Below, piece after piece: positions 48,854-57,676 of a DNA stretch of 64,000 nucleotides. Each line of letters begins with the position of its first letter. Within the stretch, counting starts at the first letter, position 1. The stretch comes from an uncultured virus (IMG/VR IMGVR_UViG_3300032288_005130) (lineage: Duplodnaviria > Heunggongvirae > Uroviricota > Caudoviricetes): the IMG/VR virus record IMGVR_UViG_3300032288_005130. One strand, written 5' to 3'. The notes under the pieces are model-generated. The model was given only the letters and a program-made list of their open reading frames with translations, was not told the origin of the DNA and ran no database searches. A program made the position numbers and the translations under genes.

Positions 48854-49314
48854 ATTCCTAGTTCAGCTAATTTCTCTTCTCTTAATTCCGGTAGAAATCC
48901 ACCAGGATAAAATTGAATAATAAATCTATAACCTTGATTGGTCATATAATCAACTCTACCATTTTCAAATTTAGTTTCACCAGAGTTGGATCCAGACCTT
49001 GGCATAAATTCTTCTCCGGGATTCCAAAACATTTTAGTAAATACATCTTCTAATTCCTTATGCCATTTTTCTTTAGAAGCATCAATATATGGGTTAGTTA
49101 TATTAGAGTATATAGATTGGTGATTACCAGGAATGATATTATCTTCAAAATTAAAATTTACTTTATAACACCACTCAATCTCAGGATATCCTGTATACCA
49201 AGCCTCCATTCTATATAAATTAACCGACTCTACTTTGCGTGTATATCCTCTAACTGAAATAGATTCAATTATTTCTTTCCATTTATCTGTTAATTGTTTA
49301 GCTACTTGTTCCAT
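48850..49314 (-). CDS. C-tag protein (REEKLAELGI)
   Basis: Tag. Confidence 0.8.
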   Translation of the reverse strand: MEQVAKQLTDKWKEIIESISVRGYTRKVESVNLYRMEAWYTGYPEIEWCYKVNFNFEDNIIPGNHQSIYSNITNPYIDASKEKWHKELEDVFTKMFWNPGEEFMPRSGSNSGETKFENGRVDYMTNQGYRFIIQFYPGGFLPELREEKLAELGI

Positions 49315-49544
49315 TATATTCCTAATTGATTTAATTTTTCTTCTCTATATAATTTAATACCCCATTCCTTATCATAGTTAGATTCTATCACCCATTCTGA
49401 AACTGGTAATAAACATCCTTCTTTAAGACATCTATACTTAGTTATAATGACATGAGTTGATGTTCCTCTTTTGGCATAAACATGATTCCAATCACTACCA
49501 AATTCTTTAGCGTCTAATTCAATTCCTTTTCCATCCAAGTCCAT
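49314..49544 (-). CDS. C-tag protein (REEKLNQLGI)
   Basis: Tag; TAATG coupling. Confidence 0.8.
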   Translation of the reverse strand: MDLDGKGIELDAKEFGSDWNHVYAKRGTSTHVIITKYRCLKEGCLLPVSEWVIESNYDKEWGIKLYREEKLNQLGI

Positions 49545-49942
49545 TATATTCCTAATTTTCCTAATTTTCTATCTCTATACTTAGCAATCATTTTAGGCTT
49601 ATCTTTCATTGATTCTAATCTTAATACTCTTATCTTAGTTAATACTCCATTCGTCTTACATATAGATTCTTCAATCTCAGTAGATAGTAATAAAATATCT
49701 TCACAAAAATCTCTTTCTATACCAGTTGGTATCATTATTTCTTCAGAATCCTTATTAAAATAGAAATTGAAATACCAAACAGCTTTAGGGTCACTTGGAT
49801 TATCATTATAAGTAAAGACCATAAACTCACATCCTTTTATTTTCTCAATAAAGATTCTTGAGAATTTAGATTTAGATTCTACATTTATTTTATACCCTAC
49901 AAATACATCTCCTAATATTTCTAATATTTCCTTCTTAGTCAT
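49544..49942 (-). CDS. C-tag protein (RDRKLGKLGI)
   Basis: Tag. Confidence 0.8.
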   Translation of the reverse strand: MTKKEILEILGDVFVGYKINVESKSKFSRIFIEKIKGCEFMVFTYNDNPSDPKAVWYFNFYFNKDSEEIMIPTGIERDFCEDILLLSTEIEESICKTNGVLTKIRVLRLESMKDKPKMIAKYRDRKLGKLGI

Positions 49943-50198
49943 TTAATATCTCTTTTAATTTATTATCTCTCATATAAGGTATCAAACTCTCATTGTATAT
50001 GGTAGCAGTTATATTCTTCATATATGGGAAAACATTACCATTTTTATCCTTAAAGAAAACACTATAATTAACTTTAACATAATCACTTCCTTTATGAGTT
50101 CCAACTTCATTATTATCAATAACAACAAAGGGTGTTGTTTCTTTGTTAGGCCAAATCATACCATCTTCTAAATAACCTTTTATTATTTTACAATCCAT
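49935..50198 (-). CDS. C-tag protein (RDNKLKEIL)
   Basis: Tag. Confidence 0.8.
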   Translation of the reverse strand: MDCKIIKGYLEDGMIWPNKETTPFVVIDNNEVGTHKGSDYVKVNYSVFFKDKNGNVFPYMKNITATIYNESLIPYMRDNKLKEILND

Positions 50199-50199
50199 T

Positions 50200-50496
50200 T
50201 TAAATTCCTAATTCATCTAATTTATTATTTCTCTTTACATTTTTAGTAATATCATCCATATACCCATTCATTATTGATGATGCGATAGATAATTGTTGAT
50301 AATTCTTTTTATCCCAATCAATAGTGAAAACTGGTTTTTGAATAATCCATCCATTAATATTTAAAGACACTCCTAAATTTTCATCCATTATTACTTCAAT
50401 AACATCATCTATCTTAAATTTATGATAATATCCAACATCAGAATCTGCTAAAATACTAACATTATCTTTAACTATTTGTAAATAGTACTTACTCAT
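50200..50496 (-). CDS. C-tag protein (RNNKLDELGI)
   Basis: Tag. Confidence 0.8.
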   Translation of the reverse strand: MSKYYLQIVKDNVSILADSDVGYYHKFKIDDVIEVIMDENLGVSLNINGWIIQKPVFTIDWDKKNYQQLSIASSIMNGYMDDITKNVKRNNKLDELGI

Positions 50497-50744
50497 ATTC
50501 CCAATTGTTCTAATTTATTATCTCTTAATCTTTCTAAGTCTTCAGTTCTTATATAAATAATAAAATCTTTACCAGTGTTATTCCACTCATCCAATCCATA
50601 ACTATTTATATCTAATCCAACATGATATTGAAATGCGTTTAATATCCATTCAGTCCCGAATCCAGGTATAGCAGATGCTTCTTCATCAGTTAAATCCTTT
50701 TGAATAACAATTTGTTCCTTATGTTTAACTATTAAACTATACAT
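50493..50744 (-). CDS. C-tag protein (RDNKLEQLGI)
   Basis: Tag. Confidence 0.8.
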   Translation of the reverse strand: MYSLIVKHKEQIVIQKDLTDEEASAIPGFGTEWILNAFQYHVGLDINSYGLDEWNNTGKDFIIYIRTEDLERLRDNKLEQLGI

Positions 50745-50773
50745 TATATTCCTAAATCATTATATATTTTTTA

Positions 50774-50814
50774 CAAATATAATAAACAAATCTGAATAAA
50801 AATTTTAATATATA
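50774..50814. promoter_or_regulatory. back-to-back promoter module (TATATTTG minus 50774-50781; TAATATATA plus 50806-50814)
   Basis: Same arrangement as the other modules. Confidence 0.65.
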
Positions 50815-50832
50815 ATAAAAAATATAGGATAT

Positions 50833-51033
50833 ATGATAATAAATGATGAAATAAAAAAAAGAGCTCAGACCATTGGTTTAGATTTGACAAAAAATAAAAA
50901 TGATGAGATAACGAGTGGATATATTCATTTTGAAGAAAATAACTATAAATATGAAGAAAATAGTAAATTTGAAGCCTATAATAAAGGTAATTATATCGAA
51001 ACAAAATTTTCCGGATTTAATAAAGGAATATAA
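50833..51033 (+). CDS. small ORF overlapping the retropepsin gene (possibly its frameshifted 5' part)
   Basis: First ATG after the late motif; overlaps the 50951 frame. Confidence 0.4.
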   Translation: MIINDEIKKRAQTIGLDLTKNKNDEITSGYIHFEENNYKYEENSKFEAYNKGNYIETKFSGFNKGI

Positions 51034-51331
51034 TGCTTTAATTGACACAGGTGCTGTTAAAACATTTATTTCAGAAAAGGTTAAAAATGATATCCAATTA
51101 GTTAAAACCGGTAGTGGTCAAATGAATGATGCTAGTAACAATAGTAAGAATACTGAATTGGTAAATTGCAATATTCTTTTAGAAGATCATAATTCTAGTG
51201 CTCATATAGAAGTTGCTATTTTTCCGGGAAGACCAGAATGTGATGTTATAATTGGGATGGATTTGATATCATGTGGTGAACTATTAATTAAGAATGATTC
51301 ATTTCTATTTACAATAGAAAAAGTAAAATAA
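50951..51331 (+). CDS. retropepsin-like aspartic protease (start uncertain)
   Basis: ALIDTGA catalytic motif and VIIGMDLI. Confidence 0.85.
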   Translation: MKKIVNLKPIIKVIISKQNFPDLIKEYNALIDTGAVKTFISEKVKNDIQLVKTGSGQMNDASNNSKNTELVNCNILLEDHNSSAHIEVAIFPGRPECDVIIGMDLISCGELLIKNDSFLFTIEKVK

Positions 51332-51348
51332 TCTTTATATCCTATACA

Positions 51349-51696
51349 TTATATTCCTAAATCATTTAATTTATTATGTCTATCAATTGCAACCTTATTA
51401 ACCAATTCACAAGCTATTTGATGTCCACTTTCAGCTTCATCCCAAGTGCAATATCTTTCTTGATATTGGTCATACTCTCCACCAAATATCATAGTTTCAA
51501 ATAGGACAGGAGTTCCACCACTAAATGAATGATCTATACCTAAAAATACGGTAGAAACACTAACATCACCAAATTGGTCTCTACCAACGGTTTTATCTTC
51601 TTTAGATTGTGATCCCCATTTAGTAATATCAAAACAAGGAATAGGCGTTTTCCCATCTAATATGTAAAGTCCGTTTGTTTCTGCATTAAATTTCAT
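51349..51696 (-). CDS. C-tag phage protein (VSTVFLGIDHSF...LFETMIFGG; RHNKLNDLGI)
   Basis: Recurrent phage motif; tag. Confidence 0.8.
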   Translation of the reverse strand: MKFNAETNGLYILDGKTPIPCFDITKWGSQSKEDKTVGRDQFGDVSVSTVFLGIDHSFSGGTPVLFETMIFGGEYDQYQERYCTWDEAESGHQIACELVNKVAIDRHNKLNDLGI

Positions 51697-51890
51697 ATTC
51701 CTAATTCATTTAGTTTTTGTTCTCTTTCACAAGTTAAGCAAATAGTTCTTTTTTCCAAAAAGTCTTTTTTACACATAGGACATTCTTTAATTGTAGAGGA
51801 AATGCCAAGATTTGATAGTCTACTAAGAAAAGCAGATATCTCTTTTATTAAATGTTCTCTATATCTTTCTAATTCTTCTTTACTTAACAT
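51693..51890 (-). CDS. Zn-finger C-tag protein (REQKLNELGI)
   Basis: CPMC and CLTC motifs; tag. Confidence 0.8.
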   Translation of the reverse strand: MLSKEELERYREHLIKEISAFLSRLSNLGISSTIKECPMCKKDFLEKRTICLTCEREQKLNELGI

Positions 51891-52135
51891 ATTCCTAAAT
51901 CTCTTAATTTTTCATCTCTTTTAATATGTAAGGGTTTAATCTCTATTTCTTCATTTTTATACATCGCGCCATTTGTTGATACAATATTTAAGGGTCCACC
52001 AACCTTACCAATAATACCCTCTATTAAACTACCACTATACTTTGATTTATAATAAAAAGTCATTCCTACTTCAGGAATTGTTCCACATTTACAAGGGACT
52101 GGTGGATCACTACTTGAATAACTCACTACACTCAT
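51884..52135 (-). CDS. C-tag protein (RDEKLRDLGIC)
   Basis: Tag. Confidence 0.8.
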   Translation of the reverse strand: MSVVSYSSSDPPVPCKCGTIPEVGMTFYYKSKYSGSLIEGIIGKVGGPLNIVSTNGAMYKNEEIEIKPLHIKRDEKLRDLGIC

Positions 52136-52536
52136 TTTAATATCTCTTTAATTTCCTTATATTCATCTTCGGTTAATCCTAACCAAGATCTACACTTTAC
52201 TACATTATTTATATGTGGTTGGATATCAGATGTTTTATCATCTATAATAACCCAATTATCACACTGATTCTTATCTAACCAAGCTTTTATTTCTAAACCT
52301 CTATCAGATTGATCAATATGAGGTGTGTAATCATGAATAATGACTTCTATTCCTTGTTCAATAAATATCTTTTGTAATTGGTCAATTGTGTGATTTAATC
52401 TCCAAGTTGATGTAATAACTGGTTTTAAATCATATTCTTTACAGATTCTATTATATATGGCAATAGCAGACTTACTCCACTTTGTTCTCCAATGTGGATT
52501 CAGAACTCCATCAACATCTGTAAAAATCACTCTCAT
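52132..52536 (-). CDS. HAD-superfamily phosphatase (Swiss-army-knife RNA-repair-like HAD domain)
   Basis: DVDGVL, ITSTWR, RGLEI, WVIIDD. Confidence 0.85.
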   Translation of the reverse strand: MRVIFTDVDGVLNPHWRTKWSKSAIAIYNRICKEYDLKPVITSTWRLNHTIDQLQKIFIEQGIEVIIHDYTPHIDQSDRGLEIKAWLDKNQCDNWVIIDDKTSDIQPHINNVVKCRSWLGLTEDEYKEIKEILK

Positions 52537-52569
52537 ATTCTTCTTTTCTTAATTTGTAAATATAAGAAA

Positions 52570-52905
52570 TTAATCCAATATTCCGGAAATTAAAACATCT
52601 CTCTTAACTGGAACCATATTTGTATTTGAAAAATCTACTAAAATCCACCAAGTTTCAAATTCTCTCCAAAGAACACTAAATCCAGAATCCTTAACTCTAT
52701 CTATATCCATTCCCCAAACTTTTATGTTTTTAGAATTGAATTCAGTTTGAGCCTCAAATGATTGTGGATATAACTCACCTAACTCTCTATTTAACTCAGT
52801 CAATGAAAGAGCTGATTTTAAATTCTCAACAGACTTCACTGATTGAAATAACTCCATTGGGTTTGAAGTAAATTTTGATTCAACACTAACTAAATATAAA
52901 CTCAT
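52570..52905 (-). CDS. protein with tag variant (KRDVLISGILD)
   Basis: ORF track. Confidence 0.75.
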   Translation of the reverse strand: MSLYLVSVESKFTSNPMELFQSVKSVENLKSALSLTELNRELGELYPQSFEAQTEFNSKNIKVWGMDIDRVKDSGFSVLWREFETWWILVDFSNTNMVPVKRDVLISGILD

Positions 52906-53147
52906 ATTCCTAATTCTTTTAATTTTTGATCTCTGTAATAAGACTTATCAAAGTCTATATAAAAAAAATCGGTTAATGTATTTGGATTACCATCTATAAT
53001 AACATGACCATCACCAACATTACATACTTCAATATCGGTAATAACACCTCCTATATGTTCCGGGTGTGTTACAATTCCCGAAAAAACAACAACATCTCCT
53101 ATCTTAAAGGTTTTTCCAGATGATGTCCAGCACTTAACAATCTTCAT
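52902..53147 (-). CDS. C-tag protein (RDQKLKELGI)
   Basis: FKIGDVV; tag. Confidence 0.8.
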   Translation of the reverse strand: MKIVKCWTSSGKTFKIGDVVVFSGIVTHPEHIGGVITDIEVCNVGDGHVIIDGNPNTLTDFFYIDFDKSYYRDQKLKELGI

Positions 53148-53356
53148 ATTCCTATTTTATTTAATTTTTGCTCTCTTACTTCATCTAAACATTGAAATAT
53201 ATCACCTTCAACTCCGTGTGAATACCCAATATCATTAACTATATAATAACTAAATAGTGGTGATTCCTTGTATAAAGTAACATCATATATCTTACCTTCT
53301 GTTAAATGATATCCACTGCTTCTTAAACAAACTACTTTCATATTCCTATTTTATTT
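53143..53356. repeat. exact 20-bp direct repeat ttcatattcctattttattt (53143-53162, 53337-53356)
   Basis: The second copy is an orphan tag not ending any gene. Confidence 0.8.
53144..53341 (-). CDS. C-tag protein, MKVVC/LTEGKIY family (REQKLNKIGI)
   Basis: Tag; flanked by an identical 20-bp repeat. Confidence 0.8.
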   Translation of the reverse strand: MKVVCLRSSGYHLTEGKIYDVTLYKESPLFSYYIVNDIGYSHGVEGDIFQCLDEVREQKLNKIGI

Positions 53357-53371
53357 CCGGTATCTACTATC

Positions 53372-53785
53372 TTAATCTAATTTAAATAAATTATCAAATT
53401 CATTAGTTAATATCTCATTTAATTTAAACTCTCTTTCTCGTTGTTGAAATGTTTGTATTAAATTAAACTCAACATACTCAACTTCTAAATAACTTCTCAT
53501 TGTGCATCGACCATAATCATCATATTCACTTGGTGTCCAACGGAGAACCGCCTTAAATTCATATTCACCATCACAATCGAGGTTACCTATACCAAATTCA
53601 GAAAGAGCTTCAATGATATGTTCATCATCACCTCTGCCAATTATTCGCCAAAAGTTATCAGATTTTAAATCCTTATACATTTTAATTGGGAAGCTATTAT
53701 CGGCTACAACATCAGCTATACCGGCAACAACTACAAATTTCTTATCAATCTCTAAAACATCTTCCAGTATTTGTTTATAGTCCAT
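53372..53785 (-). CDS. protein with sub-terminal tag (EREFKLNEIL); start corrected to MDYKQ
   Basis: The longer ORF start reads through the upstream tag out of frame. Confidence 0.75.
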   Translation of the reverse strand: MDYKQILEDVLEIDKKFVVVAGIADVVADNSFPIKMYKDLKSDNFWRIIGRGDDEHIIEALSEFGIGNLDCDGEYEFKAVLRWTPSEYDDYGRCTMRSYLEVEYVEFNLIQTFQQREREFKLNEILTNEFDNLFKLD

Positions 53786-53787
53786 AT

Positions 53788-54027
53788 TTATATTCCTAAT
53801 TCTTTTAATTTTAGTTCTCTCCATTGTTCAAGTGAAACAAAGGCATGTAGTGGATAAATGTATTCAGAGTTTATATCATCTTTCCAAACCATCACTCTTG
53901 GATTATTTTCCACAAGACCGGTCTTAGATGGTAAGATAGAAACAGTATATGTTTTTCCGATAGTTAGGTTAGAACTTTTACCACCGACAACATTTAGCCT
54001 TTTTATACACACCATTTTTTCCATCAT
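53788..54027 (-). CDS. C-tag protein, LTIGKTY family (RELKLKELGI)
   Basis: Tag. Confidence 0.8.
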   Translation of the reverse strand: MMEKMVCIKRLNVVGGKSSNLTIGKTYTVSILPSKTGLVENNPRVMVWKDDINSEYIYPLHAFVSLEQWRELKLKELGI

Positions 54028-54266
54028 ATTCCTAATTCTTTTAATTTTAAATCTCTTTTTTCATCTAATGTTAAATCTCTGAATCTATTTGACTCAATCC
54101 ACTTTTCTTCTTCATTATCACACTTCACTTTATAAAATGGGCCACTTGCATCATCATATCTTGATGGTGAGAATGGTATGTTCATTTTTTCTATAACATT
54201 ATACATTTTACCAATAGTTAGAGGTAATCTATCCCATCTTTTATTACTTAAGCAAATTACTATCAT
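54024..54266 (-). CDS. C-tag protein, LTIGKMY family (RDLKLKELGI)
   Basis: Tag. Confidence 0.8.
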   Translation of the reverse strand: MIVICLSNKRWDRLPLTIGKMYNVIEKMNIPFSPSRYDDASGPFYKVKCDNEEEKWIESNRFRDLTLDEKRDLKLKELGI

Positions 54267-54517
54267 ATTCCTAATTCCTCTAATTTATAATCTCTCATAT
54301 GGGGTTTAAACCATTCCATGATTACATCATAATCCTTAGATCCTTTCCATATAATTGTTGGTTTCTTATCAAGATATCTTTTATATTTAACAAAAAACAT
54401 TTCATCATCAAGCTCAATAGCTGATATATTTCTAAACTGAGTCCTGTTCATTAACCCACCGAGGTAGCTAAACAAATTGTCTGCCAATTCCGTTGTTAAA
54501 TCTAATTTAAATCTCAT
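54263..54517 (-). CDS. C-tag protein (RDYKLEELGI)
   Basis: Tag. Confidence 0.8.
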   Translation of the reverse strand: MRFKLDLTTELADNLFSYLGGLMNRTQFRNISAIELDDEMFFVKYKRYLDKKPTIIWKGSKDYDVIMEWFKPHMRDYKLEELGI

Positions 54518-54921
54518 ATTCCTAATTCTTCTAATTTTTTATCTCTTAACCATTCAGTATAAAGTATATTAAACGCCGCATAATCATATTGAAAACCAAC
54601 CGTATAAACATCATCACCTCCATACCATTTAGACCAAACACTGTAAAACAATCCCCAACTTTTAAATATCCCTTCTAATCTCTCAGCTTCTTTTCTAGTT
54701 GTGAATAATTTAAACCCAGTATCAGATAAGTAAAGGTCTAAAACATCTAATTTAATTTCACCATGCCACCAGTTATTAAGATACCACTCACCTCTTACAG
54801 ATATAATCTGTCTTTTAATTTCCTCAGTATAATCAGAGCAAACTCCTCTTGTGATTATCTCATAAAGATCAATAGGTCTTAATGATTTCATTAATTTATA
54901 TGTACTTACATTCCAATTCAT
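54514..54921 (-). CDS. C-tag protein (RDKKLEELGI)
   Basis: Tag. Confidence 0.8.
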   Translation of the reverse strand: MNWNVSTYKLMKSLRPIDLYEIITRGVCSDYTEEIKRQIISVRGEWYLNNWWHGEIKLDVLDLYLSDTGFKLFTTRKEAERLEGIFKSWGLFYSVWSKWYGGDDVYTVGFQYDYAAFNILYTEWLRDKKLEELGI

Positions 54922-55262
54922 ATTCCTAATTGACTTAATTTTCTATCTCTAATTACTTGTTTTGTTATATCTGTTATAACTACTTGATGAAATGCACAAA
55001 AACACTCCTTGTTTGGATTAAAATCTGGATGTGAATTATTACAATCATCATATCCTGTTGAAGTCCAACCTTGTTTAGTTATCTTTTTTAATTTAAGTTG
55101 AATTGGATAAAACTTCATATTAAATGATCCATTTACATAAGTAATCATATCACCATAAATATCATTAAACTCTGTAGTTATGGTATCACCTTCTCTTAAC
55201 TCATATCTTGAATTACCATTCAATAAACACCAACCATCAGTCATTATTCTATACAATCTCAT
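54918..55262 (-). CDS. C-tag protein (RDRKLSQLGI)
   Basis: Tag. Confidence 0.8.
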   Translation of the reverse strand: MRLYRIMTDGWCLLNGNSRYELREGDTITTEFNDIYGDMITYVNGSFNMKFYPIQLKLKKITKQGWTSTGYDDCNNSHPDFNPNKECFCAFHQVVITDITKQVIRDRKLSQLGI

Positions 55263-55645
55263 ATTCCTAAATCATTTAACTTTTGATCTCTTAATTCTAT
55301 CTTCTTTAACTCATACCAATCATTTAACATATCTCTACTCTCAACGCCACTATTAATATAAACACCTTCTCTTATATTTTTTATAACTGATTCTGGTTTA
55401 TCTAACTCAAACCAACTAAGTGGAAAGTTTTTAGAAAATGACTTTTTTGTTTCCCAGTTTCTCATCACAATTCTTATATAACCACCATTTATAGCTTTAT
55501 TACCAGGAATATGTTTATAGATAGTGAATATCATAGTCATATGATCATCTTCATATTGTCTTTCATCATCATCACCTGGGTTTAATATAACCATCCTCAT
55601 TTGATTGACAAAATGATTATCTAATATGTCAAAAAACTTACTCAA
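55259..55645 (-). CDS. C-tag protein (RDQKLNDLGI)
   Basis: Tag. Confidence 0.8.
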   Translation of the reverse strand: MSKFFDILDNHFVNQMRMVILNPGDDDERQYEDDHMTMIFTIYKHIPGNKAINGGYIRIVMRNWETKKSFSKNFPLSWFELDKPESVIKNIREGVYINSGVESRDMLNDWYELKKIELRDQKLNDLGI

Positions 55646-55844
55646 TTCCTAAATTCTTTAATCTTTTTTCTCTAAATTCTTCTAATGTAATAAACAATCT
55701 TGTGTCAAATAACACCTTATCACCTAAATCATCTTCAATGTAATAATTGAGTTGACTTAATATCACATTAATATTTATAGTATCATAAGTCTTACCAACT
55801 GTTACTCTATTATTTCTATCAGACTTTATACAAATCACTTTCAT
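55638..55844 (-). CDS. C-tag protein, MKVIC/VTVGKTY family (REKRLKNLGIE)
   Basis: Tag. Confidence 0.8.
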   Translation of the reverse strand: MKVICIKSDRNNRVTVGKTYDTININVILSQLNYYIEDDLGDKVLFDTRLFITLEEFREKRLKNLGIE

Positions 55845-55871
55845 ACTTTTTAATTTATTAAAAAGAGTCTT

Positions 55872-56156
55872 TTAGACTATTCCTAAATCATTTAGCTTTT
55901 GATCTCTTTCGGTTGATTTCAAAAATGGACATTGTTGAGGTGTTTTCTCATCAGTTAAAACAAATAAAAAGAAGGGATATCCTGTACTATTAGTGTCTAC
56001 TTCTTTACCATACATATCTAACTTCTTACAAACACTTTCATATTCTGGATTCATTCCAGATTTAAGCATTCGGTATTCATAATATTTACAAAACATACAA
56101 GACCAATATCTTTGTTCGGGTATTACTACTTGTTGAGGTCCTTCATTTAATTCCAT
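55872..56156 (-). CDS. Cys-containing C-tag protein (RDQKLNDLGIV)
   Basis: CMFC...C...CP; tag. Confidence 0.8.
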   Translation of the reverse strand: MELNEGPQQVVIPEQRYWSCMFCKYYEYRMLKSGMNPEYESVCKKLDMYGKEVDTNSTGYPFFLFVLTDEKTPQQCPFLKSTERDQKLNDLGIV

Positions 56157-56160
56157 CTAA

Positions 56161-56203
56161 CAAATATAACAATTTTATTTCTGAAATCAAAAATTAATAT
56201 ATA
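56161..56203. promoter_or_regulatory. back-to-back promoter module (TATATTTG minus 56161-56168; TAATATATA plus 56195-56203)
   Basis: Each motif is 4 nt from a start codon. Confidence 0.7.
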
Positions 56204-56207
56204 CTAA

Positions 56208-56675
56208 ATGAGATACTTAAAAATATTTGAGGATTTTAACAATAATATATTATTGGATGTCAATGATATTCTTCTTGAATTGGAAGATATTGGATTCACT
56301 ACTAATATAATAACTCAAGATTATAAAGGTAGTCCTAATAAAATAGTTATTACTATTAGTAAGGAAAAAAATATTATAGAAGATGAGGGTGGTGAAGATG
56401 AACATATAGTAACTGAGCAATCTGATTTTAATTTATCCGAAATTGAAGATGTTGTATTAAGACTTCGTAGTTTCTTAGAAACATCAGGATTTAACCTATT
56501 TCATTGTGATTATTATACAATGATTGATGGAAAAAATGGATTTTTTTCTATAAAAAAAGAAAATTTTATTATACCAAACTTAATAGCTGATGAATTCAGA
56601 ATAAGTTTTGTTAAAGATGTTAGTATACTCTTAAAACAGGCGCTTGGTTCTAATGCTAACAATATTCATACCTGA
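56208..56675 (+). CDS. N-leader protein, DILxELxDxG family
   Basis: MRYLKIFEDF; VNDILLELEDIGF. Confidence 0.8.
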   Translation: MRYLKIFEDFNNNILLDVNDILLELEDIGFTTNIITQDYKGSPNKIVITISKEKNIIEDEGGEDEHIVTEQSDFNLSEIEDVVLRLRSFLETSGFNLFHCDYYTMIDGKNGFFSIKKENFIIPNLIADEFRISFVKDVSILLKQALGSNANNIHT

Positions 56676-56695
56676 TATAAATAACAAAATAATAT

Positions 56696-57100
56696 ATGAA
56701 ACATCTAAAATCATACAAAATATTTGAATCTATACCAAAGTCAAAATTAGAATCAGATGTCAGAGACATATTCCTTGAGTTGGATGATGAAGGTTTTGAT
56801 GTTGACGTTTCATTAAGCAATCCATGGACAATTGCGATATCTAAAAAAACCATATTTAAGTGGTCAGATGTTTCTGATGTTATTGAGAGAGCTAAAGAGG
56901 TAATTGAGAATACTGGAGATTGGAAAGCAAGTGAATATTGTGTTGCTTACCATCAGAGAAGTTCCGTAATAAAGGGAACAGAATATTTCGAAAACTATGA
57001 TGAGTTTATAGATTTTGTTTCAGATGATGTGATATACGGAATATATGAAATAGCTTTCATATTTGACTTAGTTAACTTTACAAAACGAAACTCTTACTAG
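56696..57100 (+). CDS. N-leader protein, DILxELxDxG family
   Basis: MKHLKSYKIFES; VRDIFLELDDEGF. Confidence 0.8.
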   Translation: MKHLKSYKIFESIPKSKLESDVRDIFLELDDEGFDVDVSLSNPWTIAISKKTIFKWSDVSDVIERAKEVIENTGDWKASEYCVAYHQRSSVIKGTEYFENYDEFIDFVSDDVIYGIYEIAFIFDLVNFTKRNSY

Positions 57101-57118
57101 AAAACCAATATATACAAA

Positions 57119-57676
57119 GTGAAACATCTAAAATCATATAAAATATTTGAATCCTCTGAAGATCTAAAGTATAGTGATAGAGATATCACTAATAAATATT
57201 ATTGTGCTTTAGGTTGGGTTAGATATACCGATGCTCATAAAGATTCTTATATTGATATTGAAAAGTATTTTGACATAGAATGGGACCATATAGGATGGAT
57301 ATTGGAAGATTTTGTTACTAAGTGTGATTTACTTTATAGTTGTTCAGTTCGTGATAGGAGAGGTATGTTTTTATCTCACGAAGATTCAGATGGTGTTGCT
57401 GATAGTATAACAATTGATTTTACACCTGAGAAATTTGATAGAGTTGGTGGTCATAAAGGTGTGAATTTTAGAAAGCATCTTAGTAGATTCACACATTTTC
57501 CACCAAGAAAAGGAGATGAGTTAATATCATTATTAAGAGGTATTGAAGATAAGTTGGAAGAGAGTTTTCCTTATTTAACAATAGTAGATGAGGAGAATGT
57601 TGAAGATGAAGGTTTAAATAAGTGGAATCTATTTATAACATCATCTCAGATAACATTAAAGATTAAAAGAAAATGA
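57119..57676 (+). CDS. N-leader protein (GTG start)
   Basis: MKHLKSYKIFES; CAATATATA 4 nt upstream. Confidence 0.8.
   Translation: MKHLKSYKIFESSEDLKYSDRDITNKYYCALGWVRYTDAHKDSYIDIEKYFDIEWDHIGWILEDFVTKCDLLYSCSVRDRRGMFLSHEDSDGVADSITIDFTPEKFDRVGGHKGVNFRKHLSRFTHFPPRKGDELISLLRGIEDKLEESFPYLTIVDEENVEDEGLNKWNLFITSSQITLKIKRK

Larger units (their letters stand above)
50737..51366. mobile_element. inserted segment flanked by an exact 25-bp direct repeat (ctatacattatattcctaaatcatt at 50737-50761 and 51342-51366)
   Basis: The repeat spans a tag/stop/start junction; the insert carries a promoter module and a retropepsin gene. Confidence 0.7.

Noticed and set aside
51013..51040. FNKGI-stop/ATG at the end of ORF 50833 as another C-tag junction
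   Set aside because: It lacks the R-x-x-K-L part, the following ATG opens only two codons, and it lies within the protease coding frame; probably chance.
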